Translations under genes and position numbers: made by a program
Part shown: positions 10,782 through 24,015 of the stretch, piece by piece
Numbering within the stretch: position 1 is the first letter of the stretch
How the letters are laid out: every line of letters starts with the position of its first letter
NCBI RefSeq assembly: GCF_001194135.2
Contig: NC_068991.1
Location: 65,495,382-65,559,381, forward strand
DNA: 64,000 nt
Reading direction: 5' to 3'
Source of the DNA: Octopus bimaculoides
Taxonomy: Eukaryota
Notes under the pieces: generated by a model
The model's database searches: none
What the model was told of the DNA's origin: nothing
What the model saw: only the letters and a program-made list of their open reading frames with translations

Positions 10782-13511
10782 CATGTATGCATGTGCATGT
10801 GTGTGAGTTATATTTGACAGAATGTTTCTGCAATGGCAAGTGTGTGTAAATGTGTTTGTGCTTGCGTATGTGAATGTGTAAGTGTAGAATTGTCTCTGTT
10901 TGTTTTATGTCTGTGTGAATTATTTTGTATTGTAGTGTGTGTGAAAATGCCTCCATGAATATATGTGTGTCTGTGTTACTATGCATGTTTATGTGTATGC
11001 CTAACAGTGGAATTGTATATACATATATACATACATACATACACATATGTGTGTATGTGTATATATATATATATATATATNNNNNNNNNNNNNNNNNNNN
11101 NNNNNNNNNNNNNNNNNNNNNNNNNNNNNNNNNNNNNNNNNNNNNNNNNNNNNNNNNNNNNNNNNNNNNNNNNNNNNNNNNNNNNNNNNNNNNNNNNNNN
11201 NNNNNNNNNNNNNNNNNNNNNNNNNNNNNTATATATATATATATATATATATATGTGCCAAAGTATATGTGAGTTATTGTGTATAATGGCATGCATAAAT
11301 GAATGTGTGTAAAGTGTTTGGATATTTGTTTTGTTTGTGTTTGTGTATGCCATTGTGTGTAAATGTACCTGCACATATGTATGCCTATGTGTTTAGACAT
11401 GAGTGCATACAAATAACTTTGTATATGTCCTTTATATTTGTCAACGTGTGTGTATTATTGATTACTGCAATGTATGCAAACGTGTACAAGGTTAGACATG
11501 TTATTTTATAATTGTTTGCATGTTTTTTTGTGCATGTGCATGATTGTGTAAACCAACCATAAATTGTGTTTAGAGCTATGAGTGTGTATATATAACTATA
11601 ACTGTCTGTATGTGTAACTTGCCAGTCTGTATACATCTCTGTGCGTAGGTGATTGTGTACGGCAGTGTTCATAAATGCATCGGCATACACGTGTATAGGA
11701 ATGAGCATATGTGTGTGACTTCAGCAGCCTTGAAATCGTGTTCTGTTGTATGAAAAAGATATGACATTAGCTAATAATGTTGTCCAAGAGACAAAATAAA
11801 AAAACAAAAGGGTGGGACAGTCGCTTTGATCGTAGATGTATTGAATCAGACCTGGAACCTAACAACAGCAGATATGTAGGGGTTCCTTGACTCTATAGAT
11901 GACTAGGTTTGGTAACAGTTGAAGGTAAAAACTTAGGTTACTAAGAAATTTAGTGAGGAATGCAAGTAAAACATATTTTTATTATCATCACCAAATTATC
12001 TGTACTCAGGTTCTATGTCTGTCTGTCTCTCTTTCTTTTTCTCTTCCACATCCTATCCAAACATATGTCATCTTTCTTGTCCACACCCTGTCAACCGTAT
12101 CATCATAATGATTCTTTTACTAGCATCTTTCTACTTTCCCCACCTCAATCACCACTGACCATCTCCCACCCCTGCATCCATTACACCCTCCATCCACCCT
12201 TCAACCCCCACCCAGTCTTTACAGACGTTGCCCACCTCCCATTTCTGCCATTGCCTTATCTCTTATCCCACCATACACTCTTGCATCTCTCCACCACCTA
12301 CATAATCCTAGCTTCTCTTCCACACACACCCCCACCCCCACCACCACTCACTTTTACTCACCACATACCTTAAGGGTGCCGAGTGAACACTTCATCACCA
12401 CTGTTGATCTCTTCAGAGATACTTCCAATTCATCCTCACTCCCTCTCTCCCCTAAATGTGAATAGCCATGCAGCTCCTCTGCAACAAGAACCTGCTCCTT
12501 CCCACCCTTTAGCATTCGGATTATTCTGTCAAATTTAATACTTATTAATTAACACTGTTTTGAATTAATCATGCGTTGTCTTGTAACTTTGAGATTTCAA
12601 TGATGTGATTGTATATTCTGGGGTAGATGTAAGAGACTAGAGTTTGACTGTTTGAACATAAACCAGGTAAAATATTGGGGCATAAATGCTTACCTGGCAT
12701 AAAGACCCCCACACTGCCCCACTTCCTTAGGCTTTGTAGTCTTGCAAGCTGCATGGCAACCTCACTAGTGCTGGTGGTGCAAAAAAAAACAAAAAAACAA
12801 GTACCCAGTACACAGTAACGTGGTTGGTATTAAGAAGAGCATCCAGACATAGAAACCATGCCAAAGCAGACACTGGAACCATTGGATATTTGTCAAACTG
12901 TCCAGCCTATTTCAGCATGGAATCATCACCATCATCATCATCATCATCGTTTAACGTCCGCTTTCCATGCTAGCATGGGTTGGACGATTTGACTGAGGAC
13001 TGGTGAAACCGGATAGCAACACCAGGCTCCAATCTAATGATGGTGATGATAATGATGACTCTTATCTCCACCAGCCATCCCCCTTTCAGTCATCTCACCA
13101 TCTTTCATCATTCATCTAAATATCATTCATCTCTCTATCTCTCGTTTATCTTAGTGTCTCTATGAAAACAGTGGTTAGTGGTGAACTTGATACAACACAT
13201 GTGTCAGTGTAATGTATACATTAACTTATAATCAATTATTTTAAAAAAGATAGGCTTTTTAATTAACTGCAACAAGGTTCAAATGCCTCAAGCAAAATAC
13301 ATCCATGAATAGACCTGTGGCGTTTGAAATAGGATATGATATGCTTCTATCATATCAGATCCTATTTCAAAACTTGCTTGTGTGGTGATGCAAAATTGTA
13401 ACTCTAAGAAAAATTGGAAGAGCTGCTTTTACTGTGATTGCTAATTAACTGTTGAAATACACTGCTTTTGTTTCAGTTAATTTCAAAAATAATAATTTCA
13501 TAAAATAAGTG

Positions 13512-14028
13512 GGTGTGTGGTAAGTAGCTTGCTTACCAACCACATGGTTCCGGGTTCAGTCCCACTGCATGGCACCTTGGGCAAGTGTCATCTACTATAG
13601 CCTCGGGCCGACCAAAGCCTTGTGAGTGGATTTGGTAGGGGGAAGCTGAAAGAAGCCTGTCGTATATATGTATATATATATGTGTATATATATATATATA
13701 TNNNNNNNNNNNNNNNNNNNNNNNNNNNNNNNNNNNNNNNNNNNNNNNNNNTATATATAGATATATAGATATATATGTATGTGTGTGTGTGTGTGTGTGA
13801 TGTGTGTGTGTATGTTTGTGTGTCTGTGTTTGTCCCCCCACCATCGCTTGACAACCAATGCTGGTGTGTTTATGTCCCCGTCACTTAGCGGTTTGGCAAA
13901 AAGAGACCGATAGAACAAGTACTAGGCTTACAAAGAATAAGTCCCGGGGTCGATTTGCTCGACTAAAGGCGGTGCTCCAGCATGGCCACAGTCAAATGAC
14001 TGAAACAAGTAAAAGAGTAAAGAGAGAG
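13512..14028 (+). mobile_element. SINE family A (gapped)
   Basis: Matches the family consensus. Confidence 0.88.
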
Positions 14029-14221
14029 TATTATTAAGCTGGTATTTGGAACATAAATTAACATGAAATTTTGAAGGAAGGTTGTAATTTTAGATCATTT
14101 TAAAACAGAAACATTTATATCATTAGAACGAGGGATAGTCTCAGTTGGCTTGGTATCAAAAAGATTTTAAAAATGAATGAATAAACTGTTGACTTGAAAA
14201 CTGATTCGTTAATTTGCAATC

Positions 14222-14591
14222 GTTGTTGTTGGCACTCCATTGCTTACGACGTCGAGGGTTCCAGTTGATCCGATCAATGGAACAGCCTGCTTGTGAAAGT
14301 AACGTGCAAGTGGCTGAGCACTCCACAGACACGTGTACCCTTAACGTAGTTCTTGGAGAGATTCAGCGTGACACAGTGTGACAAGTCTGGCCCTTTGAAA
14401 TACAGGTACAACAGAAACAGGAAGTAAGAGTGAGAGAAAGTTGTAGTGAAAGAGTACAGCAGGGTTCGCTACCGTCCCCTGCCGGAGCCTCATGGAGCTT
14501 TAGGTGTTTTCGCTCAATAAACACTCACAACGCCCGGTCTGGGAATCGAAACCACGATCCTATGACTGCGAGTCTGGGCCATTGCACCTCC
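14222..14591 (-). mobile_element. tRNA-derived SINE family C, (CAA)n tail
   Basis: Reverse complement of the 56107-56496 copy, with a small deletion in the head. Confidence 0.88.
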
Positions 14592-15163
14592 ATAATTTGC
14601 AATCAATGCAAGGTTATATGCCTCTTATAGTAAAAAGTTACCTTCAATAGATCAACATCTTAAGCAGGGGACAGATATGTCTCTCAGCTATCCACCATTA
14701 CAAAAACTTGGAGAGAAACACCAGCTAGCCCCTGAACATCAGAGCAGCTCATTGAGTTATGTTTTCCTTTTTCAGTGTTTGAATTATCATATGATTTTGA
14801 ACACAGTGTTAGCCTACAAATTATTTTAGTGTATTGTATTTGTTATGAAGTGCTATGAATAAATGAATGAATGAATGAGTGAATTAATGATATTTATAGA
14901 GAACTGTGTGTGCTGTAAAGCAGCATCAGAAATATTGGCTTGTAGCATGATAAAGAAAGATAAAATTATAATTTTATTTGTGTCCACCGACTGATGTGAA
15001 TGATTCTGTGAGTCACAGAAGAAAGGTCAAATAAAATAAGAAGCTACGAGATGTAACAAATCATTTGAATTAGACATGTTTTGTTATTCAAGTGACCTAA
15101 ACCAGTCTGCAATGACATAGTTTACAATAAAACTAAAAAAGATCTAACCATCTGAGATGAGTT

Positions 15164-15230
<67 letters not shown>

Positions 15231-15757
15231 GAGTCAAAATTAAAAGAAGAGTGCCATTGTTATCTAGTGAATGATATTTCAACATCTTGTGTGTCTTCAA
15301 TGGGTTCAAAAAATAAATTTGTCAATCTACTTCATTTTGGTTAATATAGAAAGGATTGAGGTAACTCCTCCTGAAGATATAGAGTCAAAATTAAAAGAAG
15401 AGTGCCATTGTTGTCTAGTGAACGATAGGAGGAGTTACCTCAATCCTTTCTATATTAACCAAAATGAAGTAGATTGACAAATTTATTTTTTGAACCCATT
15501 GAAGACACACAAGATGTCGAAATAACATTCACAAGATAACAATGGCACTCTTCTTTTAATTTTGACTCTATATCTTCAGGAGGAGTTACCTCAATCCTTT
15601 CTATATTAACCAAAATGAAGTAGATTGACAAATTTATTTTTTGAACCAGGTGAAGACACACAAGATGTCGAAATAACATTCACTAGATAACAATGGCACT
15701 CTTCTTTTAATTTTGACTCTATATCTTCAGGAGTTACCTCAATCCTTTCTATATTAA
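15231..15757. repeat. 151-bp unit arranged as ~1.3 forward + ~2.2 inverted tandem copies
   Basis: Unit period of 151 bp measured at GAGTCAAAAT (15231/15382) and AGGAGGAGTTACC (15427/15578). Confidence 0.9.
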
Positions 15758-15779
15758 TAACAACAACAACAACAACAAC

Positions 15780-15833
<54 letters not shown>

Positions 15834-15845
15834 TATAATAATAAT

Positions 15846-16705
15846 GGATTATTTGACCAAATGAGGAGAATGTTCAGTAAAGATATTGGAATGCAGTTTG
15901 AGATAAATAAGTGCAAAGCTCTAATTATGAAAAGCAGTTGGATGGTAGGCACTAAAGGCAGAAAATTACCACAAGACAACATCATTAGATCACTTTGGAA
16001 TAATGAGAGATACAAACACCAAGGAGTGCTGCAAGACAATAGGGTCATGGAAAGATAAGTGAGAGAGAAAATCACTAAGGAGTATGAAAGGAGAATTTGG
16101 AAGGTGCCTGAAACAAAATTAAATGGAGGAAATATCATTAAAATAATAAATATTCTGCACCCTTCTTGAAATGGACAACGGTCAAGTTACAGAGTCTGGA
16201 TAGAAGAACTAGAAAGCTGCCCACAATGCACAATGCACACCATCCTAAGAGTAATTCCAACAGACACTACCGACCAAGAAAAGAAGGCAGTAGAAGATTA
16301 CTAAACACAGAAGACACTGTTAATACTGAAACACTGGGTCTGAAAAATTATGTTGTACAAAGTAAAGAAAAGAATATTATTGGCAGCCAGAAATACTCAA
16401 AACCTGAATCAGCAGGAGACTTCAAAGAGGAAAAGAAAAACATCAGAACAAGCAAGTGGAAAGAAATGGAATTTCACGGCTAATTTATGCAATGAACTGA
16501 GAATGTTTGAAGTAAAGAACGTTGGGTATGGTTGATAGATGGGCACTTGAAACGAGAGCCCAAAACATTAATTATAGCTGCTCAGGGACAAGCCAAGAGA
16601 ACAAATCTGATAAAGGTAAAGATTGTCAAAACTCAGTCAGACAGCAAATATAGAATCAGTAGGAAAGGACATGAAAGTATCAACCACCTTTTCAGTTTGT
16701 GCAGT
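15846..16705 (+). pseudogene. Decayed Dong/R4-type LINE ORF fragment (RT C-terminus, thumb, CCHC region)
   Basis: FSKDIGMQFEINKC, TKLNGGNIIK, LDRRTRKLPTMHNAHHPKS...RKEGSRRL, LKREPKTLIIAAQGQAKRTN...ESINHLFSLC; frameshifts and stops; 5' junction into (TAA)n. Confidence 0.85.
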
Positions 16706-16729
16706 ATGTGTGAGTGTGTGTATATGTGT

Positions 16730-16761
<32 letters not shown>

Positions 16762-19015
16762 TTGTGCGTACCCTTATCTGGTCATGTGATAGTTGCAAAT
16801 GAGCATCACCATTTATACAAGCAAGGTTTTACATTTTCAATTCTCTGTGTGAAACATGTCTAGATATGGGGAAATATTACCTTGCTTGGAACCAGATGAA
16901 TGCTGACAACCGGAAGGGCATCCAGCTGTAGAAAATTTACCTCAAATTCTGTCTGACCCATGCAAGCATGGAAAAGTGGGCAGTGAATCTTACTATTTAG
17001 AAAGGTCTCAGAATTCCTCAAGAGGTAACAAAACAATTCTAATAATATACAGTAAAACACTTCAGTTAGATGAACCATACCTCTTCAGGGACTTTATTTT
17101 TTTTAACAATAGCTGCCTTCAGCTCTATTCTAACAAAGTATCTCACACTATTATAATTACAATTCTTTATTCAAAATGCTTATTCTACTGCAAAATTTCC
17201 TCCAGAGAATGTAATAAATCAATATTCCAAGACTGTCAGTGGAGTTGATATTAAAAGAACCAATACACATTAATCATTCATGTGACACTGTACCTAATAT
17301 AAATGTCACTGCATTTTAAACTCGCAAAAATGTACAATTCAAGCAGAATATTCTGATGAAGTTAAACACATTGTAAAAATGGAGAAGTAGACGATTTAAG
17401 AAATTCAAAGTTTTGATTGGTCCAACCATTCAGTGTCCATATCTGGACATACTATGTCTGCATACAAGAGATATTCTGATATGCTATATGTTACTATACA
17501 CTAGATACATATTATATGTTATTTTAGATGTACAGGCATGATATATGTATATTATATCATAGATAAATTGTACATTATACTAAATATACTATGTTATATT
17601 AAATATACAATTTTATACTAAATATATATATATATATATATTATTGAGTCTGGGGAGAGTCATTCTGTTTTAATGCTTTATTAACACACTCACTGGTTTG
17701 ATTTCCACTCATTTCCTTTTATTTTTTCTAAAATTTTCATTGCTCCTTGCATCCTCTACAATGACTCTTGAAGAGGTTGCAAGAAGCACCCAAAATTGTG
17801 ACACACACTCACATACACACACGCGCGCGCATGCAGGTTGTTTTAATCGATTTTCTCTGTAAGTATGGGGGCTAGAAAAAAATAGAAAGCGCGTTCCATG
17901 TCTATGCACCCGTCTCCACATGTGGGCCATTTTTCACACAATTCCACCCAGCCGTTTGGCCGTGAACCTCAAGACAAGAAAGAATACAACGGTCGGCCAA
18001 CTTGAATTTATATTATAGATAAATGCACACATTAGATAAACAAAATGGATATAAATACAAGACACACACTATACATACGTATCTGTTTGTCTGTTTCTCT
18101 CTCTCTATATATATATAAAATTGTTACACTGAATATATGATATATATTTTTATATGCTGTTTATCACACAGGTAAATACAATGCATGCATGCATGCATGT
18201 ATGTATGTATGTATATATGTATGTATGTATATAGGTAGGTAGGTAGGTATGTATGTATGTATGCATGTATATATGAGTGTGTCTTTCATTATCATCATCC
18301 AGTGTTTTAAATTCAGGTTTTGTCCCCGTCAACGGGGGTGGCTGGATCTACCTCAATGCCATAGCAACCACCCTCACACCATCTTGCTATGTTGCCCGGT
18401 TTTGGGTGTCCTCCTTTTTCAAACCAACCCTCCAATCTCCTCCTCTACCTGTCCCCTCTACCTGTCCCCTCCACCTTTTCCTCAGTCTACCTCGCTTTCG
18501 CACTCTATTTACCTCAAACGTAATCACCCTCCTCTGAACACACTCTTCATCCCTCCTCAACACACCCATACCATCTCACTCCATTCACCCTTGCCAACTA
18601 TTCCACTGATTCCTTCAACCCCAGCATTCCCATCAAATCCTCATTCGTCCTCTTCACACATTTCTCTCCCCATTGCTCTCTCAGTCCTCAGAATTACCAT
18701 CTCTCTCTCCCTCTTTAAGTTTGTGTTTTTCCCCACCACTTGATAACCAATGTTGGTTTGTTCACATCCATGTAAATTAGCAGTTCAGCATAAAAGGCCA
18801 GGAAGCAAGCTTTAAAAAATTAAGTACAAAAATCCTTTGAGACAGTGCTCCAGCATGGCACAGTCCAATGCAGTTCAACAGCTGAAAGAAGTAAAAGATA
18901 AATGGTGAAAGATACTATTCCACTCTGGAACCACATGGTTCAGGTTCCATTCCCACTGTCTGCCACTGTTGGTTCATGTCAGTGAACTGGATGATGAAAA
19001 CAGTAAGAAATCCAT

Positions 19016-19039
<24 letters not shown>

Positions 19040-19049
<10 letters not shown>

Positions 19050-19575
19050 TGTGAATGTATGTGTGTTTGAGTGTGCATGCACACATGAGTACGTGTGTAC
19101 GTGTGTGTGTGCATGTGAACATATGTATGTTTGAGTGTGCATGCACACATGAGTACATGTGTATGTGTGTGTGTGTGTGCATGTGAACGTATGTGTGTTT
19201 GAATGTGCATGCACACATGAGTATGTGTGTATGTGTGTGTGTGTGCATGTGAACGTATGTGTGTTTGAATGTGCATGCACACATGAGTACATGTGTATGC
19301 GTGTGTGCATGTGAATGTATGTGTGTTTGAGTGTGCATGCACACATGAGTACGTGTGTATGTGTGTGTGTGTGCATGTGAACGTATGTGTGTTTGAGTGT
19401 GCATGCACACATGAGTATGTGTGTATGTGTGTGTGTGCATGTGAACGTATGTGTGTTTGAGTGTGCATACACACATGAGTATGTGTGTATGTGTGTGTGT
19501 GCATGTGAACGTATGTGTGTTTGAGTGTGCATGCACACATGAGTAGATGTGTGTGTGTGTGTGTGCATGTGAATG
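19040..19575. repeat. ~60-bp (TG)-derived minisatellite, ~9 units
   Basis: Recurrent GTGCATGTGAACGTATGTGTGTTTGAGTGTGCATGCACACATGAGTA unit. Confidence 0.9.
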
Positions 19576-20664
19576 TAAGTGTGTCTTTTACTGTTTTGCT
19601 TGTAAACATGTGAATTCTAAACAAAATGCTGGAAGTGAAGGTAAACATTCAAGAGTAATGCACCAGAAATGAGAGAGGAAGTGACAGCAGGTAACAAAAT
19701 GGGGGAATTCAAACTGTCTTTTTCGAATGGGCAGCGAACAAGAACAGACATGTGGACAGAATCTGTGTGTATTGTATATTCTGGCCAAGAGATCAGATTA
19801 GCGAGTGTCTCAGAGCTTTGAGTAGTTTCCTTTTCAGAGCCATTTGTGAGCTCAAGGTAAGAACCCTACTTACAATCATCAAACTACAATCCTTGAACTC
19901 GAGACCTATTTCGAATTCTTGCAGCAGAGTAAATTCCTTTAAAGGCACCAATATGGTTTAGCATCACCGTCAGGACCTTCATCTTTTTCCTTTTCATTTT
20001 ATCTAGTTTCAGCTCTTGAGCTGTGGCCATGCTGGGGCACCGCCATTGAAAAACAGGTTGCTCTAAAGTAGAGAGCAATGCCCATATGTGTTAGAAAGAT
20101 CGATTGATCTCTTCTATCCTTGTCGAGGGGAGTGCTAACCGTCTCTCCTTTTTTGCAACACCTTGTTAACCTTGTTAACTTTTGAATGGTAAAAGGAATT
20201 CTAGCAACTGTCTGGTGATGATTCCATTATACACTGTTTATAGTATAATGTCACTGTGTAAATAATATTGAAAGAAATTTATTCACAGCAAATGTGATCA
20301 ATAATAGGACAGGTATATAATTACATTCTTTTACATATCATAAAAGTATCACATCGACACACATGCACACAAACACATGTGCAAACACCTGCATAAACAC
20401 ATATATAAACATGTACACATGCATGTTTACATGCACTAACACCTGGTCTTTCCCTACTTGTCTCTGAAGTATCTGATATTCAAGCACCTTGCACAGCAAT
20501 CTGCAGCTATCTGTTTCTTAAATCTTTTGTCTGAGAATTTTCTCTTAATCCGATTAATGTTGCTATGGAAGTAAAATCAGATAAAAACAGGCTTTGAATA
20601 TTTTAAATTTTGTCAAAAAGTGAAGAAGCTATTTTGTCATGTGTTGAATTAACAATCATTGATA

Positions 20665-20707
20665 CAGAGAGAAAGAGAGATAGTGAGAGAGAGAGAGAGA
20701 GATAGTG

Positions 20708-20738
<31 letters not shown>

Positions 20739-20769
20739 TATATAGTGAGAGAGAGAGAGAGAGTTAGAG

Positions 20770-20801
<32 letters not shown>

Positions 20802-20915
20802 TGAGAGTGAGAGAGAGAGAGAGGGAGAGAGAGATAGTGAGAGAGAGAGATAGTGAGAGATAGAGATAGTGAGAGATAGTGAGAGAGAGATAGTGAGAGA
20901 TAGTGAGAGAGAGAG

Positions 20916-20964
<49 letters not shown>

Positions 20965-20965
20965 T
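20665..20965. repeat. (GA)n microsatellite with GATAGT interruptions
   Basis: Direct reading. Confidence 0.95.
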
Positions 20966-22163
20966 GATTCTTCCAAGAATACAAACAATCTAAATATATA
21001 TTATTATCTCAGTAACAAGGAATCGTTCTCTTTCTCTCTCCCTCATTCTCATGCAACCATTCTTGAATATTAGTGTAGGTTTAAAGCTTCTATGAATTCA
21101 GATATTTGCACCAATTTAACTCTTGGCCATTGTATCTCTTTTGGAGAAAATCTGCGACACAAGTCGAAGTACTGAACTGAAGAATTTTACAATATGTTTG
21201 TTTGTTGTTTGAAATCTGGCTGAGACAGGATGGAATAAAATAAAAACCAATAGCTGCTGTTGTTCCAAGTCAGCCCTGATTGTACAGACCTATGATCAAA
21301 GGTGTTCCAACCATGACCACCCCATTAGCAACCCTGATAAGCACTGGGGTAGATCTGTTCGACTATGCCCTTCAATACAGTACCCCAGTATGGCTGAAGT
21401 CCTATAAGAGAAACAAGTAAAAAAAAAAAAGATAAATTAAAACCTATTTTGTATCACCACAAATATGTAAATCTCTGCCTTGTTTTTATATTACTCCAAC
21501 AGGGGTGGGTGCGTGATGTCCACATGTTATTAACAGGTGAAAAAGCTCTAAAATGCCCCTGTTCAACTATTTCTCAGAGCTTCACAACTGTTGGAACACA
21601 AATATGAATTGGCAGCTTATGAGACTCAAAGTATGAAGGGTGTACAAATTCTTTCAGGTTTAATGTTGGCATTACAATTTCTAAGCATCAGATTCAAACA
21701 AGACCGTGACTTTTTGTCTCGTGTAGCTTGCAGAAAAAAGCTACATGGTGTTTTGAATGAATCTCCAGGTACTATGGATGAACCTCTAGGCATTTTCAAT
21801 GAACCTCTAAATGCTTTGGATGACCCATTAACAACACAACCAGTTTAACCTCACTACTGACCTTCAGTTCAAGTATATCTACAATCTACTTCATTACTAT
21901 CTTTCCATTTCTTTGTTCTTTGGGTGGTTTGCATAACCATGCTTCATTAAGGTCAGGACCAATAAACAATGGCTCAACAATGAACATTTATATAACAAAT
22001 AACTGTTAATATGTAACAGAAGTTTTTTTCACAATAACTTCAGCTGCTGCAGATTAAAGGGGTGCTTCAACCCAACAACTTGATATCCTTCCAGTCTTGT
22101 TGACTGCCAACTACTGACTGTCCAGCCAACACATCTTGTTAAATATACTACATATCTGGAAGA

Positions 22164-22782
22164 TATGAGGATGTAGCTGAGTTTACGTATTTAGGTAGTA
22201 AGATAACGTTCTCAGGCGGCACCGACGAAGATATTAAGACGAGAATAAGTAAGGCAAGGACCGCTTTCCACCTGTTAAAAAAAGTATGGAGCGCAAGTGT
22301 AATTTCAATAAAAACAAAATAAGAATTTTTAACACTAACATAAAAGTGGTGTTATTGTATGGGGCTGAGACATGGCGAACAACAGTTAAGTGAAATAAGC
22401 AAATACAATCATTCATCAACAGGTGCTTGCGTAGTATACTTAAAATCAGATGGTCCAAACACATAAGCAATATGGAGCTATGGCAAAGAATGAATCAAGT
22501 TTCGATTACGGAGCAAATATTTAAGAAAAAGTGGAAGTGGATTGGTAGCACAATTAGAAAGGACACACCAAATGTAGTGAAAAGTGCTTTACTGTGGAAT
22601 CTGGATGGATATAGAAAGAGGGGTAGGCCTAAGAACTCGTGGCGTAGATCAACACAAAAGGAACTAGAGAAAGGGGGACATTCATGGCAGAGTATAAGTA
22701 CAGAAGCGAGAAATTATGCGACATGGAATTCAATTATAAGTGGTCAATACTCCGCGTTGGAGGGTTAAAGGCAAGAAAGAAG
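22164..22782 (+). mobile_element. 5'-truncated RTE-clade LINE with 10-bp TSD
   Basis: EFTYLGS...DIKTRISKARTAF...VLLYGAETW...WKWIG...RKRGRPKNSWRR...*. Short AAGA-type tail; TSD ATCTGGAAGA at 22154-22163 and 22783-22792. Confidence 0.9.
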
Positions 22783-23643
22783 ATCTGGAAGAGGAATTTA
22801 TTCATTGTCTAACAGTTTCAAATTTGTTTATAACATCTTCACAGAACATGTGGTGTTCCCTGGTGGCCAGTTAGTGTGAGGGAGATAATCATTTTTACTT
22901 GATATTTGACATGATTAGAAGGTTGAAATTTATATTGCGGAAGAAGGAAAAAGATGCATAGAATATACATATTTAATTTTTCTGCTTACATATTATAATG
23001 ATATAAAAATTTCAAGTAATACGTAATCCTTTGTAGTGCTGTTTCATTCTTATAAGAAATCATTAACATAACATAACCCAAGGTACATAAATTAAAATAA
23101 ATTAAGCATTTTACAAAGCAAAACATTTTTTATTGATGGAAAATAATTACAGACATTCATGGAATGTGATTTTTTTGCTTTTTTTCTTCATAGAGCATTA
23201 ATAGTTTAGCAATGGAAAAAAAATCAAAAAACAAGAAAGTGATAGTCCTAATATAATGCTGATAAACTGTGTCATGAACTGACCAGTCTGGTGGCCATGA
23301 ATTTATATGATGTCAAGTTGCCAACTGTTGGATGAGTGAGCTTGACCTTCGATGAAAACGAACCAAAAGCTGTCAGACAAGCACAGTATGAAGACTAGGC
23401 TGTAATGCCTTGATATATGAGTTAATTAGTTCCCAGCAACTGCTTGTAAAGTGAAAACTCGTAAAGCAGAGCAATAATTTCCCATAGTAGCAATGTTATA
23501 AATCATAATTCATTCACAGAAAAATATTTTACTTATAAAATTTTTACTACTCATAAATAAATGGCAATAAAACAACAGTAGAATGTGAACAATATTTTAT
23601 GTAAAAAAGAATATCAAGATCATTTATAACAAAAAAAATATCA

Positions 23644-24015
23644 TTATTACTTCTGCCTTAGCGAAGGTGGAGGTGTTGCTGTAAGTCATGTTTGTTTGTC
23701 TGTTTGTTCGTGGACAAGATATCTCAAAAACTGCTGGATGGATTTGGATGAAACTGTCTGGGCTGTTTAGCCTCGTGACTGGCATGAACTGATTAGATTT
23801 TGGGATTGATCCAGTACTGGACAAGGATTCTGTATTATTTTTCTGGTGTTTTTACTTAACTTTTGAGAGCTGTCAGGTTCATTTTTAGTATTCTCGTCTG
23901 TGAGAGCAATCGAGTTTATTTCAAGTATTCTCATTTTAAAAATCATCTCCTGCTAATCGTTGAGAGGACGTTGGTGTTACCTTGGCAGAGGTTTGCGCTC
24001 TCTGAGTGCTCTTGT
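23644..24015 (+). mobile_element. Helentron-associated non-autonomous element (HINE/DINE-1-like)
   Basis: 5' TTATTAC start, imperfect subterminal inverted repeats (CTTCTGCCTTAG / CCTTGGCAGAGG), (TGTT/TGTC) microsatellite, 3' hairpin GCGCTC-TCT-GAGTGC. A partial second copy lies at ~49221-49390 (-). Confidence 0.7.

Noticed and set aside
21579-21848. Plus-strand ORF (LLEHKYELAAYETQSMKGVQILSGLML...) with possible splice sites
   Set aside because: No recognisable homology and no partner exons found; could be chance. A BLASTX would settle it.
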